A stretch of 64,000 bases of DNA from Bacillota bacterium (lineage in GTDB: Bacteria; Bacillota; Clostridia; Peptostreptococcales; Anaerovoracaceae): NCBI GenBank assembly GCA_022770665.1, contig JALEHL010000005.1, positions 13,028 through 77,027 on the forward strand, read 5' to 3'. The notes under the pieces were generated by a model. The model worked only from the letters and a program-made list of their open reading frames with translations. It searched no databases and was not told where the DNA came from. Both the position numbers and the translations under genes were made by a program. Below, piece after piece: positions 45,064 through 55,329 of the stretch. Within the stretch, counting starts at the first letter, position 1. Each line of letters starts with the position of its first letter.

Positions 45064-45107
45064 AAAGCAGCCTGAAACCGGAAATTCCGGCCTGCAGGCT
45101 GCTTTTT
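45062..45107 (-). terminator. Terminator after murG (A/T tracts on both sides)
   Basis: AAAAAGCAGCCTG...CAGGCTGCTTTTT. Confidence 0.75.
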
Positions 45108-45208
45108 CTGTGCAGATTCTATAAAACGCGTCCCGCCGAATTAACCCGAAATCAGAAAATGCATCATTGCGGTTACTTTCTCGCAGCGCGCTCTGCCCGA
45201 CCGCTTTC

Positions 45209-46309
45209 TCACAGATCCTTCCGGATGGTATCATAGATGATATCCAGCGCCCGGTCCGGCGCGCAGGCCCGGCTGGCCCGGCTCATGGCCGCCAGCTGAT
45301 CCGGATGGTTTTTCAGGCGAAGCACCTCTTCAATGAGTTTTTCAGAGGTCAGATCCTTCTCCTCGATCAGGATCGCGCCGCCCCGGTCCGCCACGGCCTT
45401 CGCATTATAGTACTGATGGTTCCCCGTCACATTCGGCGAAGGGATCAGCACGGCAGCCTTGCCGCACACCGTCGTCTCCGCCACAGACAGCGCGCCGGCC
45501 CGGCTGATCACCACATCGCAGGCTGCCAGATACTGATCCATCGGATCAATGTAATCTTTTACCAGCACATTGTCCCGGATCGTGATCCCCTTTTCACGGG
45601 CCTTCTCCAGCGTCGCATCATAGTACCAGTTTCCGGTGCCGAAGATCAGCATGACCTTTTCTTGGCCGTTGACCGCTTCCATCAGGTCGAAGGCCACTTC
45701 ATTGATCTTTTCCGCTCCCAGACTGCCGCCGAAAGAGAGAACAATAAAGGCATCCTGCGGGAAGCCCAGCTTTTTCCGCGCTTCCGCCTTCGTCAGCTGA
45801 AAAAAGCTCTTCCGGACGGGATTTCCCGCCTCCACCAGCTTCTCCGGCTCCTTGAAATACCGGGCGGCGTCGGGAAATCCCAGAAAAATATGTTTCACAT
45901 ACCGCTCCAGGAAACGGTTCGCCACTCCCGGAAACGCATTCTGTTCATGTAAGTAAGTGCGGGCACCGTACTGCTTTCCCGCCAGAAGCACCGGCACACA
46001 GACATAGCCTCCCGTGCCGATGACCACATCCGGGCGGAATCGCTTCATGATCCGCCGGGCCTCCGCCGTGCCCTTCAGAACACCCCAGCCGGTCTTGAAG
46101 ATTTTGAGAAGGTGGCTCCGGTCCAGCCACATGGCCGTAACCATCTCGAAATCATAACCCGCTTTCGGCACGATATCCTTCTCCAGTCCGGTGTCATTTC
46201 CGATATACAGGATCTCCGAGTCCGGCTCCATTTCTCTGATTTTATCTGCAATGGCGATGGCCGGGTAAATATGTCCGCCGGTGCCGCCGCCTGTCACGAT
46301 CACTCTCAT
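45209..46309 (-). CDS. murG: Undecaprenyldiphospho-muramoylpentapeptide beta-N-acetylglucosaminyltransferase
   Basis: MRVIVTGGGTGGHIYPAIAIA... Confidence 0.95.
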   Translation of the reverse strand: MRVIVTGGGTGGHIYPAIAIADKIREMEPDSEILYIGNDTGLEKDIVPKAGYDFEMVTAMWLDRSHLLKIFKTGWGVLKGTAEARRIMKRFRPDVVIGTGGYVCVPVLLAGKQYGARTYLHEQNAFPGVANRFLERYVKHIFLGFPDAARYFKEPEKLVEAGNPVRKSFFQLTKAEARKKLGFPQDAFIVLSFGGSLGAEKINEVAFDLMEAVNGQEKVMLIFGTGNWYYDATLEKAREKGITIRDNVLVKDYIDPMDQYLAACDVVISRAGALSVAETTVCGKAAVLIPSPNVTGNHQYYNAKAVADRGGAILIEEKDLTSEKLIEEVLRLKNHPDQLAAMSRASRACAPDRALDIIYDTIRKDL

Positions 46310-46377
46310 ACGCAGTGCTCCTTCTCTCTGTAATTACGATCTCTGCCTTCCTGGCTTTCCGTTTTTCCGTCCCTAGG

Positions 46378-47652
46378 TCACAGGTCCGCATGCCGCGAGA
46401 CATTCAGAAGAATCCCTGCCGAGGCCATGAACAGCATCAGCGCGTTTCCTCCATAACTGATAAACGGCAGGATAATTCCTGTCGGCGGCATGGACGAAGT
46501 GACAACCGCCACATTGATCGCCACCTGCACACCGATCATGATCGTAATGCCTCCTGCCAGCATCATGCCCAGAAAATCCGGCGCATTCATCGCCACATGG
46601 CATCCGCGCCAGATCAGGATCAGGTAGACGATCATCAGTGCCAGCACACCGAGAAATCCCAGCTCTTCTCCGATGATCGCCAGGATAAAGTCGTTCATCG
46701 GCTCCGGCAGATACAGATTCTTCTGGATGCTGTTTCCCAGACCGAGTCCGGTCAGCCCGCCGGTTCCAAGCGCCAGCAGGGACTGCACCACCTGCCATCC
46801 GTCTCCCAGCATATCCGCGAAAGGATCCAGGAAGCTGAGCAGCCGGTTATACCGGTATCCCCCCTCATCCGCAAAGATCAGAACTACGCCGCCGACAAAC
46901 GCGATGCCGATCAGGGCCGCCAGATGCTGCCACTTCGCGCCGGCAATCATCAGCATACCGCCGACGATAATGCACAGCGTCATCGCCGTGGACATGTTCG
47001 GCTGCTTCATGATCAGTCCGAAATACAGGACCGCCACAGCCAGAACCGGCATCAGGCCGCGCCATACGTTTTCTACCATGCGTGGATTTCTGTCCAGATA
47101 GCCTGCGGTAAAGATGATGGCAGCCACCTTGGCGCATTCGCCCGGCATGATCGTGAACGGAACGCCCCGGATCCCGAGCCACCGGGTCGCACCCATGTCC
47201 GTGATTCCCAGCGGTGTGAAGACCAGAAGCAGCAGCAGCAGGCCCACACCAAAAGCAAGCAGATAGATCTTCCCCCATACGTGATAATCGATCTTATAGC
47301 AGAGCCACAGGAGAACCGTCCCTGCCGCGACCCAGATCAGCTGCTTTTTCAGATACGCGTAAGGGTCTCCGCTTTCCGCGATCGCCGTGTAATAGCTTGC
47401 GCTGAAGATCATCACGGTACCGAAGATCACCAGCACCGCAATGAGACCCATAATAATGAAGTCGCCGGAATGGGCCTTTCCCTTTCCGCCCGCCGCAGTT
47501 CCCGCGTCCGATGCCAGCCTTGTGCCCGAAGCAGGCCCCATGCCCGGGGCGGCATAGCCGGCAGAACGGGACATGGCCGACTCGCCCTGCATCCCGGAAG
47601 CTGCTGCAGAGACAGAATATGAAGTTGTTCTTCCAGAACGACGTTTTCTCAT
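46378..47652 (-). CDS. ftsW: SEDS-family peptidoglycan glycosyltransferase FtsW/RodA
   Basis: 424 aa. Low-complexity N-terminus, then 10 TM. ...LPEPMNDFILAIIGEELGF... and ...SYGGNALM... Confidence 0.88.
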   Translation of the reverse strand: MRKRRSGRTTSYSVSAAASGMQGESAMSRSAGYAAPGMGPASGTRLASDAGTAAGGKGKAHSGDFIIMGLIAVLVIFGTVMIFSASYYTAIAESGDPYAYLKKQLIWVAAGTVLLWLCYKIDYHVWGKIYLLAFGVGLLLLLLVFTPLGITDMGATRWLGIRGVPFTIMPGECAKVAAIIFTAGYLDRNPRMVENVWRGLMPVLAVAVLYFGLIMKQPNMSTAMTLCIIVGGMLMIAGAKWQHLAALIGIAFVGGVVLIFADEGGYRYNRLLSFLDPFADMLGDGWQVVQSLLALGTGGLTGLGLGNSIQKNLYLPEPMNDFILAIIGEELGFLGVLALMIVYLILIWRGCHVAMNAPDFLGMMLAGGITIMIGVQVAINVAVVTSSMPPTGIILPFISYGGNALMLFMASAGILLNVSRHADL

Positions 47653-47670
47653 ACATCAAACCCCTTTTTA

Positions 47671-49080
47671 TCAGGAACCCAGGTGTGCCACGCAGTCTTT
47701 GAAGTGGTCGCCCCGCTGCTCGAAATTGTCATACATATCCCAGCTTGCACAGGCAGGGGAGAGCAGGACCGTATCACCAGGCACCGCCATCTCGCTGGCC
47801 TTCTGCACGCATTCGTTCATATCCCTGGCGTAAGAATAATTTTTGAAACCGCACCGGTCTGCCGCTTCCGCGATCAGCCTGCCGTCCCGGCCCAGCAGGA
47901 TCATATGCTTCACGCTGCCGTGGAACTGGCGGATCAGCTCGTCAAACGTCTGTCCCTTTCCGTCGCCGCCGGCGATCAGGATGATGTTCTTCTCAATGGC
48001 GCGCAGTGCCGTAACCGTGGCATCCACGTTGGTTCCCTTCGAATCGTTATAATATTTTACGCCGTTAATCTCGCCGGAGAACTCGATTCTGTGCGGCACG
48101 CCGCGGAAGTTCCGCAAAGTATCCCCAATGACCTGCGGATCCACTCCGGCGAAGTAGGAAACCGCCGCTGCGGCCAGGGCGTTTTCCACATTGTGGCCGC
48201 CGATGATCTGCAGCTCCTCCGTGCCGCAGAAAGTGATCAGCTCGCCTTCCTCATTCCGCAGCACCATCTTTCCGTCCTTCACGAAAGCACCGAATTCCAG
48301 CTCCTCTTTCCGGCTGAACGGGACCACCTTCGCTTTGCATCCGTATTTCTGCGGAAGGGCGAAACAGTCCTTATCGTCAAAGTTGACCACGCAGTAGCCT
48401 GACGCGTCCTGATTGGCGAACACCTTCGCCTTGGCCTCTCCGTACTGCTCCATGGTATGATGGCGGTTCAGATGATCCGGCGTCAGATTCAGAATCGCCG
48501 AAACCACCGGCTTGAAATAGCGGGTGGTCTGCAGCTGGAAGCTGCTGGTCTCCGTCACCAGCCAGTCGTCTTCGTCTGCGTCCAGCGCCTTGGAGATCAC
48601 TGCCACTCCGATATTTCCCACCACATGGGTGCTCCGTCCCGATGCCCTGAAAATCTCTCCGGTCAGCGTCGTGGTGGTCGTCTTGCCGTTGGTGCCCGTT
48701 ATGGCGATGAAATGGCCGCGGCCGATCCGGTAGGCGATCTCCAGCTCCCCGATGATCTCCACACCGGCTTCTTCCGCCTCCCGGATGAACGGCAGTTCCG
48801 GACTGACGCCCGGGCTGAGGATCATCATGTCGAACTGGCTCATATCTTCCGGCACGCAGCCCAGATACAGTCCCAGATTCTCCCCTCCCAGAGAGCCGGT
48901 CAGGAAATTGATCAGCTGACCGTCGATCTCATCCTGTGACTTGGCATCCTGCACCGAGACCTCCGCGCCCAGCTTCAGCATGGCCTGAACTGCAGCGATG
49001 CCGGATTTTCCGAGGCCAACAACAAGTACTTTTTTTCCTCTGATATTCTCTAGATTTCCATTCATGTTTCTGTTTTCCAT
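47671..49080 (-). CDS. murD: UDP-N-acetylmuramoylalanine--D-glutamate ligase
   Basis: ...KKVLVVGLGKSGIAA... and ...AITGTNGKTTTTTL... Confidence 0.95.
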   Translation of the reverse strand: MENRNMNGNLENIRGKKVLVVGLGKSGIAAVQAMLKLGAEVSVQDAKSQDEIDGQLINFLTGSLGGENLGLYLGCVPEDMSQFDMMILSPGVSPELPFIREAEEAGVEIIGELEIAYRIGRGHFIAITGTNGKTTTTTLTGEIFRASGRSTHVVGNIGVAVISKALDADEDDWLVTETSSFQLQTTRYFKPVVSAILNLTPDHLNRHHTMEQYGEAKAKVFANQDASGYCVVNFDDKDCFALPQKYGCKAKVVPFSRKEELEFGAFVKDGKMVLRNEEGELITFCGTEELQIIGGHNVENALAAAAVSYFAGVDPQVIGDTLRNFRGVPHRIEFSGEINGVKYYNDSKGTNVDATVTALRAIEKNIILIAGGDGKGQTFDELIRQFHGSVKHMILLGRDGRLIAEAADRCGFKNYSYARDMNECVQKASEMAVPGDTVLLSPACASWDMYDNFEQRGDHFKDCVAHLGS

Positions 49081-49160
49081 TCTTTTTCACCTCGACTTTC
49101 TCTAAAACTGACAGGCGGCGCACAGGCACCCTACCCGCGTAGACGCCCGCCGGCGCCGGA

Positions 49161-50153
49161 TCAGATATTCATCACCAGAAGCGCCAGCAGGCAGAACAGC
49201 AGCGTCAGTCCCCAGAACATCGCCACCACTTTCCGCTCCTCCATGCCGGACAGCTCGAAATGATGATGCAGCGGAGCCATCTTGAACACCCGTTTTCCCG
49301 TCTTTTTAAACACGGCCACCTGAATGATCACAGACAGTGCCTCCAGCACGTAGATCAGTCCGGCTATCGCCAGCAGAAATTCCATTTTCATCATCACCGC
49401 ACCGGCGGCCAGCGCACCGCCCAGCGCCATGGAACCGGTATCGCCCATGAAGATTTTCGCCGGATTCCGGTTATACATCAGGAATCCCAGGCAGCCTCCC
49501 GCGATCCCGCCGAAAAACAGGACCTCCGCGGAGAAACCGAACGCGATCCCCCCGACGACCATAAAGAATGCCACCAGCGCCGTCACGCCGGAGGCCAGAC
49601 CGTCCAGACCGTCGGTCAGGTTCACCGCGTTGCTCATCGCCACCATGACAAAAACTATAAACGGCACATACAGCCATCCGAAGTCCACATACACATCTGC
49701 AAACGGGATCCACACTTCCGTTCCGCCGCCCAGGCTGCCACCGGAGAAATACGCGGCGTACACTGCAAAGCCCAGGGAAAAGACCAGCTGCATCACGATC
49801 TTCTGCTTCGGGTTCAGACCCAGATTGTTCTTCTTAATGGCTTTCTCATAGTCATCAATGAATCCGATCAGCGCGAAAAGCACCATCACGACCATCGGAA
49901 CCAGTATTTTCACGGACATGCTCCCCAGCGCCGTGTTCACCAGCAGGCTGGACACAATCGCGCCGGTAATGATCGCAATACCGCCCATGCTCGGCGTCCC
50001 CGTCTTTTTCAGATGTGACTGCGGCCCCTCTTCCCGGACATACTGCTGAAACTGCTTCTTTTTCAGAAACGGGATCAGCTTCGACGTGACAAACGCGCTG
50101 ATGACCCATCCTGTGACTAACGTGATTACTGCATACATAAGGGGTGTATCCAT
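49161..50153 (-). CDS. mraY: Phospho-N-acetylmuramoyl-pentapeptide transferase
   Basis: 330 aa. ...GTPSMGG..., ...NAVNLTDGLDGLA..., ...MGDTGS..., ...APLHHHFE... Confidence 0.95.
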   Translation of the reverse strand: MDTPLMYAVITLVTGWVISAFVTSKLIPFLKKKQFQQYVREEGPQSHLKKTGTPSMGGIAIITGAIVSSLLVNTALGSMSVKILVPMVVMVLFALIGFIDDYEKAIKKNNLGLNPKQKIVMQLVFSLGFAVYAAYFSGGSLGGGTEVWIPFADVYVDFGWLYVPFIVFVMVAMSNAVNLTDGLDGLASGVTALVAFFMVVGGIAFGFSAEVLFFGGIAGGCLGFLMYNRNPAKIFMGDTGSMALGGALAAGAVMMKMEFLLAIAGLIYVLEALSVIIQVAVFKKTGKRVFKMAPLHHHFELSGMEERKVVAMFWGLTLLFCLLALLVMNI

Positions 50154-50161
50154 AGTTTTTT

Positions 50162-51577
50162 CTACTCCTGTTCCTCAAATATTTTTTTCACGACGTTTTC
50201 CATCTCCATCGCCCGGGATCCCTTCACCAGCACCACGTCCCCCGGACGGATCATCTGGCGGATTTCCTTCATCAGATCATCCCTGGATCCATAGTGCTTC
50301 ACGCAGTCCGCACCGAGAAACGGTGCCGCGCCCTCTCCGATAAACCGGGCCTGCTCTCCCACGGTGATCAGAAAATCGATCCGATGACTTCCCGCATAGG
50401 CGCCGACTTCCCGATGATACTTCTCGCTTTCCGGTCCCAGCTCCTTCATATCGCTGAGGATCGCCACCTTGCGGATCCCTCGGGTTGCGACCAGCGTATT
50501 GATGGCAGACCGCATGGACTCCGGCGCGGCATTATAGGTGTCGTCGATGACCTTGATGCCGTTCTTTCCCCGGATATTCAGGCGCTTGGCAGTCAGCTCC
50601 GCATTCTGCAGGCCGGCGATCGCCGTTTCCAGATCGATCCCCAGGATTTCACCCGCTGCGAGAGCCAGCGTGGCATTCATCGCATTATGGGCGCCGGGCA
50701 CCGGAAGCGCCACTTCATACTGTTTATGATTGCGGTCCAATGTGTATTTTATACCTTTATCTCCGAAATCGCAAACATTTGAGACAACAAAATCACTTTT
50801 TCCGTCATTTCCCGCTGTAACAACCCGGTAGTTTCCGCTGACCATATCTTTCTGCAGCAGATCGCAGCTCTGATTCACCACCAGAACCGAATCCGGCGTG
50901 AAATATCCGGTCACCTCCATCTTTGCCTTGCGGATTCCTTCCCGGCTTCCCAGATTTTCGATATGCGAAATGCCGATGGTGGTGATCACCGCGATATCCG
51001 GCCGCACGATGTCCGCCAGCGTATCAATCTCTCCGAAGCTGTCCATGCCCATTTCCAGCACCGCCACTTCCAGGTCCTCATCGAAGGACAGAATCGTCAG
51101 CGGCAGGCCGAACTCATTGTTATAGTTTTTTTCATTCCGCCCCGTCTTATACCGGGTGGAGGCCACATAATAAAGCATATCCCGGGTGCTGGTCTTGCCC
51201 ACGCTTCCGGTGACCGCGATCTTCTTTTTCAGCGGAAGCTGCGCGATGTAGTATTTCGCCAGCTGCTGGAGCGCCTTCAGCGTATCCGGCACCAGAATGA
51301 TGCTGACGTCTTCTTTTTTCAGCCCCGCCCCTCTCAAAACAGATTCGTCCGGCGCTTTTTCTTCGTCGGAGATGACCAGAATCCGGCATCCCTTCTTCAG
51401 CACGTCGCCCAGATACGCGTGTCCGTCTGTCTTCTCCCCTTTCATCGCGAAGAACCCGTTTTCCGGCTGCACCTGTCTCGAATCGATACAGGCCCCCTTC
51501 ATGCTCCTGTCCGTGCTTCCCTGCAGCAGCCTGCCTCCGGTCTCCTGCAGAATCTCTTTCACTGTAATTGCCTTCAT
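50162..51577 (-). CDS. murF: UDP-N-acetylmuramoyl-tripeptide--D-alanyl-D-alanine ligase
   Basis: MKAITVKEILQETGGRLL... and ...VTGSVGKTSTRDM... Start set to MKAITV. Overlaps the murE 3' end by about 20 nt. Confidence 0.92.
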   Translation of the reverse strand: MKAITVKEILQETGGRLLQGSTDRSMKGACIDSRQVQPENGFFAMKGEKTDGHAYLGDVLKKGCRILVISDEEKAPDESVLRGAGLKKEDVSIILVPDTLKALQQLAKYYIAQLPLKKKIAVTGSVGKTSTRDMLYYVASTRYKTGRNEKNYNNEFGLPLTILSFDEDLEVAVLEMGMDSFGEIDTLADIVRPDIAVITTIGISHIENLGSREGIRKAKMEVTGYFTPDSVLVVNQSCDLLQKDMVSGNYRVVTAGNDGKSDFVVSNVCDFGDKGIKYTLDRNHKQYEVALPVPGAHNAMNATLALAAGEILGIDLETAIAGLQNAELTAKRLNIRGKNGIKVIDDTYNAAPESMRSAINTLVATRGIRKVAILSDMKELGPESEKYHREVGAYAGSHRIDFLITVGEQARFIGEGAAPFLGADCVKHYGSRDDLMKEIRQMIRPGDVVLVKGSRAMEMENVVKKIFEEQE

Positions 51578-51593
51578 GTTTTCTTTTCCCCCA

Positions 51594-53198
51594 TCATGTA
51601 GGATCCGGCCAGATTGATCGAACGATCTCCCTGTCATCAAAACGGATCCTGTTTTTTCCCACATACTGCCATGTTTCATGGCCTTTGCCTGCGATCAGGA
51701 TCAGGTCCTCCGGCCCGCCCTGCCGGACCGCTTCCCGGATGGCAGACGCCCTGTCACAGATGACCTGCCAGCTGCCCCGGCACATTCCTTCTCTTTCTGT
51801 TTCCTCCATGGATGCGGTAATCTCCCGGAGGATGGACTGCGGATCTTCTGTTCGCGGATTATCGGATGTGACGATGCTCAGATCCGCCAGCTCCGCCGCG
51901 GCTCTTCCCATTTCCCGCCGTCGGCTTCTGTCCCGGCAGCCGCCGCAGCCGAAGACAACGATCAGCCGTGACGGCCCGCAGGCCCGCAGATCCGTCAGCA
52001 GCTGCCGCAGCGCCGTGCCGTTATGGGCATAATCCACCAGCACACGGGTCCTGCCTCCGGTATCCACCGGCTCGACTCTGCCCGGCACGCGGACCTGCCG
52101 CAGCGCCCGGCAGATGTCCGGCCAGCAGATCCCCGCGGCCCGCGCGGCGGCTGCCGCGCCGGCCGCGTTGGCACCGTTAAACAGCCCCGGCATGGAAAGA
52201 CGGATTTCCCATTCCGTTTCCGAAGCACCTTCCTCCAGCAGGAAGAAGGTGCCGGGCGGTTCTTTTTTCCGGTCCGTCTGCAGATACCGGCACCGGCAGT
52301 CTGCCTTTTCGTTCTGCCCGAACGAAAGGACCTGCTCCGGCATGCCCGTCTCGGCTCTGCGGACCGTCAGAAGCTGACGCCAGAGCGGCGTGTCCTCATG
52401 GATGACCGCAGTCCGGCACTGGCGAAACAGTTTACTCTTCCAGTACACATAGTCTGCGAAATCTTCATGCTCCCCCTCGCCGATATGATCCGGCGTCAGG
52501 TTCGTGAAAATACCCAGGTCAAACCGGATGCCCTCCACGCGGCTCTGCATGAGTCCCTGACTGGACACTTCCATCACCACCGCACGGCAGCCGGCCTGTT
52601 CCATATCACGGCACCACCGCTGCACATCCGACGACTGGGGCGTCGTCTGCTCCGCCTCCTGAAAATGGCCCTCCCAGCCGTTTTCCACGGTGCCGATCAG
52701 ACCGGTCCGGATGCCCCCCTCCTCAAGGGCCGCCCGCAGCATATATGCGGTGCTGGTCTTTCCCTTGGTCCCTGTGATGCCGATCATATACAGTCTGCTG
52801 CAGGGATCCTGATAAAAGCGGATGCTCATAAGAGCCAGCGCCCTGCGCACATTCTCCACCAGCAGGATCGTGACAGTCCGCCCCTGCCCGGACGCCCGGC
52901 CCGGCAGATTTTGCGAAACCGCGTCTGCGACCTCATCTGAGATCGCGTCGGAAACCGCGTCTGAGATCGCGTCTGAAACGGACTCTGGCAGAGGCTCCTG
53001 CACAATCAGGACCTCCGCCCCCCGGCGCACCGCCTCCCCCGCATGCAGAATCCCGTTTTCCTTCCTGCCCGGGATCGCGAAAAACGCCGCTCCCGGCCCG
53101 GCTTTCTCTGAAAAGTAAATCAGCGAAGTCACTTCCTTTTCTATGGTGCCCTGCAGCAGTGTATACTGCAGATTCCCGGTCAGATCCGTCAGCTTCAT
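51594..53198 (-). CDS. murE: UDP-N-acetylmuramoyl-L-alanyl-D-glutamate--2,6-diaminopimelate (or L-Lys) ligase with repeat insertion
   Basis: 534 aa. ...GITGTKGKTSTAYM... and ...DNPRTEDP... N-domain insertion SVSDAISDAVSDAISDEVADAVSQ. Confidence 0.9.
   Translation of the reverse strand: MKLTDLTGNLQYTLLQGTIEKEVTSLIYFSEKAGPGAAFFAIPGRKENGILHAGEAVRRGAEVLIVQEPLPESVSDAISDAVSDAISDEVADAVSQNLPGRASGQGRTVTILLVENVRRALALMSIRFYQDPCSRLYMIGITGTKGKTSTAYMLRAALEEGGIRTGLIGTVENGWEGHFQEAEQTTPQSSDVQRWCRDMEQAGCRAVVMEVSSQGLMQSRVEGIRFDLGIFTNLTPDHIGEGEHEDFADYVYWKSKLFRQCRTAVIHEDTPLWRQLLTVRRAETGMPEQVLSFGQNEKADCRCRYLQTDRKKEPPGTFFLLEEGASETEWEIRLSMPGLFNGANAAGAAAAARAAGICWPDICRALRQVRVPGRVEPVDTGGRTRVLVDYAHNGTALRQLLTDLRACGPSRLIVVFGCGGCRDRSRRREMGRAAAELADLSIVTSDNPRTEDPQSILREITASMEETEREGMCRGSWQVICDRASAIREAVRQGGPEDLILIAGKGHETWQYVGKNRIRFDDREIVRSIWPDPT
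52921..52992 (-). repeat. In-frame 12-nt tandem repeat (about 6 units) encoding (SDAI/SDAV)n in murE
   Basis: Plus strand gcgtctgcgacc tcatctgagatc gcgtcggaaacc gcgtctgagatc gcgtctgaaacg gactctggcaga. Confidence 0.85.
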
Positions 53199-53241
53199 GC
53201 TTTGATTTCCTTTCTGTTTCAGGACTCTCTAGTTCCGGATT

Positions 53242-55254
53242 TTATTCTTTATAAATGTAAACCACCGCGTTTTTCTTCACCTTGGTGCCTGCCTTCGGAT
53301 ACTGGGCCGCCACGATGAAGTTGTCATCGTCCCGCGTGTCCTTCGGCCGGCTGTATTTCAGCTCCTTGCCGCCGATGATGCCGACTGCCTCGCTGAACTC
53401 TTTTCCGACCACATCCGGCACGACAGTGTAGTTGCCCTCCATGGCCGCCTGCTCCTCTTCCGTATATTCCGGCTCCACGCCCAGATACCGCAGCGTATCC
53501 TGCAGAACGGACTTCGCGATCGGCGCTGCCACCTGAGATCCGTAGAAAGCGCCTTTCGGACTGTCTACCACCACCAGAATGGAAACCTGCGGATCATCCA
53601 TCGGCGCCATGCCCAGAAACGATGCATAGTAGTACTGGCCGTACTTTCCGGTTCCTTCATCGACCCGGTTGGCCGTTCCGGTCTTGCCGCCGACCCGGTA
53701 GCCGGGGATCTTCGCATTTCCGCCGCCGCCTTCCGAAACCACATATTCCATGATATCCCGCATTTCACGGGCGGTCTTGGAAGAAAGGACTTTGCGGACA
53801 ATGGTCTTGTCGTATTCTTTTACCACATTGCCTTCGGAATCTGTCAGCGCCTTCACATAGTGCGGCTGCAGCAGATCCCCGCCGTTTCCGATGGCGTTCA
53901 CGGCAGTCAGCAGCTGGACCGGTGTCACGGAGATACTGTGTCCGTAGCCCATGGTCGCCAGTTCCACCTGCCCCACATCGTCGATATTGTACATGATCGA
54001 GCTGGTTTCTCCCGGATAGTCCACGCCGGTCTTATCGGTGATGCCGTACAGATTCAGGTATTTATAAAACCGTTCCTTCCCCATTTTCAGCGCGATTTTG
54101 GCATGAGCCGGATTGCAGGAATTTCCCACAGCCTCCTTCACTGTCTGGGTTCCGTGATCCCGCGGACTCCAGCAGTGCAGCTTCACGCCGGATACATCCA
54201 CATAGGTGTTGCAGCTGAAGGTGTCTGACGTGGAGATGACTCGCTCCTCCAGCGCCGAGGAGACGGTGATCAGCTTGAACGTGGATCCCGGCTCGTACGT
54301 GTCGCTGACAATCGGGTTGCGCCAGAGTTTGAACAGATACTGATTCTGCTCCTCCGTGCTCAGCTTCGAGAACTCCTCTTTCTGCGCCTCGTCATCCGGA
54401 ACCGTCGCATGGTTCGGATCAAATCCCGGCGATACCACATTCGCCAGAATTTCCCCGGTGTCCGGATCCATCACCAGGCACATGATCCGGCTGGCATTGG
54501 TCTTTTCCATCCCTTCTGCCACCGCTTTCTCCGCATAATACTGGATCGCCTCGTCGATGGTCAGAACCACATTCAGCCCGTCTTTCGCTTCATGATACTC
54601 TTCGGATCCGTCCACCAGCTCATTGCCGGCCACATCGATGTTTCTGACCCACCGGCCGGAAACACCGCTGAGATACTGGTCATATTCCAGCTCGATCCCG
54701 GTCCGTCCGGTATTATCGTCTGTCACGCTTCCCAGAACCTGCGAAGCGAAGTTTCCCAGGGAATAGTACCGCCGGTTGTCCTCCGAGATCTGCACGCCGG
54801 AAAGCTTCAGCGCCCGCACCTGATCGGCCGTCTCCTTATCCAGATATTTCGCCACCTTGACCAGCGCCTGTTTCCGGGTGATAAGCTCCCGGACCTCCTC
54901 CGCCTCCTGTCCGGTGATCTTCGCCAGTTTCTCCGCGATGGAAGTGACCTTTTCCTCCGGCAGCGCGTTTCCGTCGCTGTCTTTCAGCAGCTGCGCCGGA
55001 CGGACCCATACGGAATAGCAGGTGATGCTGCTGGCCAGCTCCTTGCCGTTGCGGTCATAGATGGTGCCCCGCTTCGCAGCGATCGGCACATCCTGCGTCT
55101 GCTGCTCCCTGGCTTTCTCCGTCAGTTCATCCGCCCGCACGATCTGATGCCAGCCGATCCGGAACGTCAGTCCCACCAGAAGCAGACACAGCAGCAGAAA
55201 ACCCAGCGCAATTCTCTTTTTCTGTTTTACCGATACCTTTCTTTTCTGATTCAT
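53242..55254 (-). CDS. Class B penicillin-binding protein (FtsI/PBP2B-type) with C-terminal PASTA domain
   Basis: 670 aa. N-terminal TM, ...EPGSTFKLITVSSALE... (SxxK), ...GKTGTA... (KTG), C-terminal ...YTVVPDVVGKEFSEAV... Confidence 0.9.
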   Translation of the reverse strand: MNQKRKVSVKQKKRIALGFLLLCLLLVGLTFRIGWHQIVRADELTEKAREQQTQDVPIAAKRGTIYDRNGKELASSITCYSVWVRPAQLLKDSDGNALPEEKVTSIAEKLAKITGQEAEEVRELITRKQALVKVAKYLDKETADQVRALKLSGVQISEDNRRYYSLGNFASQVLGSVTDDNTGRTGIELEYDQYLSGVSGRWVRNIDVAGNELVDGSEEYHEAKDGLNVVLTIDEAIQYYAEKAVAEGMEKTNASRIMCLVMDPDTGEILANVVSPGFDPNHATVPDDEAQKEEFSKLSTEEQNQYLFKLWRNPIVSDTYEPGSTFKLITVSSALEERVISTSDTFSCNTYVDVSGVKLHCWSPRDHGTQTVKEAVGNSCNPAHAKIALKMGKERFYKYLNLYGITDKTGVDYPGETSSIMYNIDDVGQVELATMGYGHSISVTPVQLLTAVNAIGNGGDLLQPHYVKALTDSEGNVVKEYDKTIVRKVLSSKTAREMRDIMEYVVSEGGGGNAKIPGYRVGGKTGTANRVDEGTGKYGQYYYASFLGMAPMDDPQVSILVVVDSPKGAFYGSQVAAPIAKSVLQDTLRYLGVEPEYTEEEQAAMEGNYTVVPDVVGKEFSEAVGIIGGKELKYSRPKDTRDDDNFIVAAQYPKAGTKVKKNAVVYIYKE

Positions 55255-55329
55255 ATTTCCCTTTCAGATGATAAAAAGCCAGACCGCGAGATTTCTATGC
55301 AGTTGTCTGGCTTGTTGATTTCTATGAAA

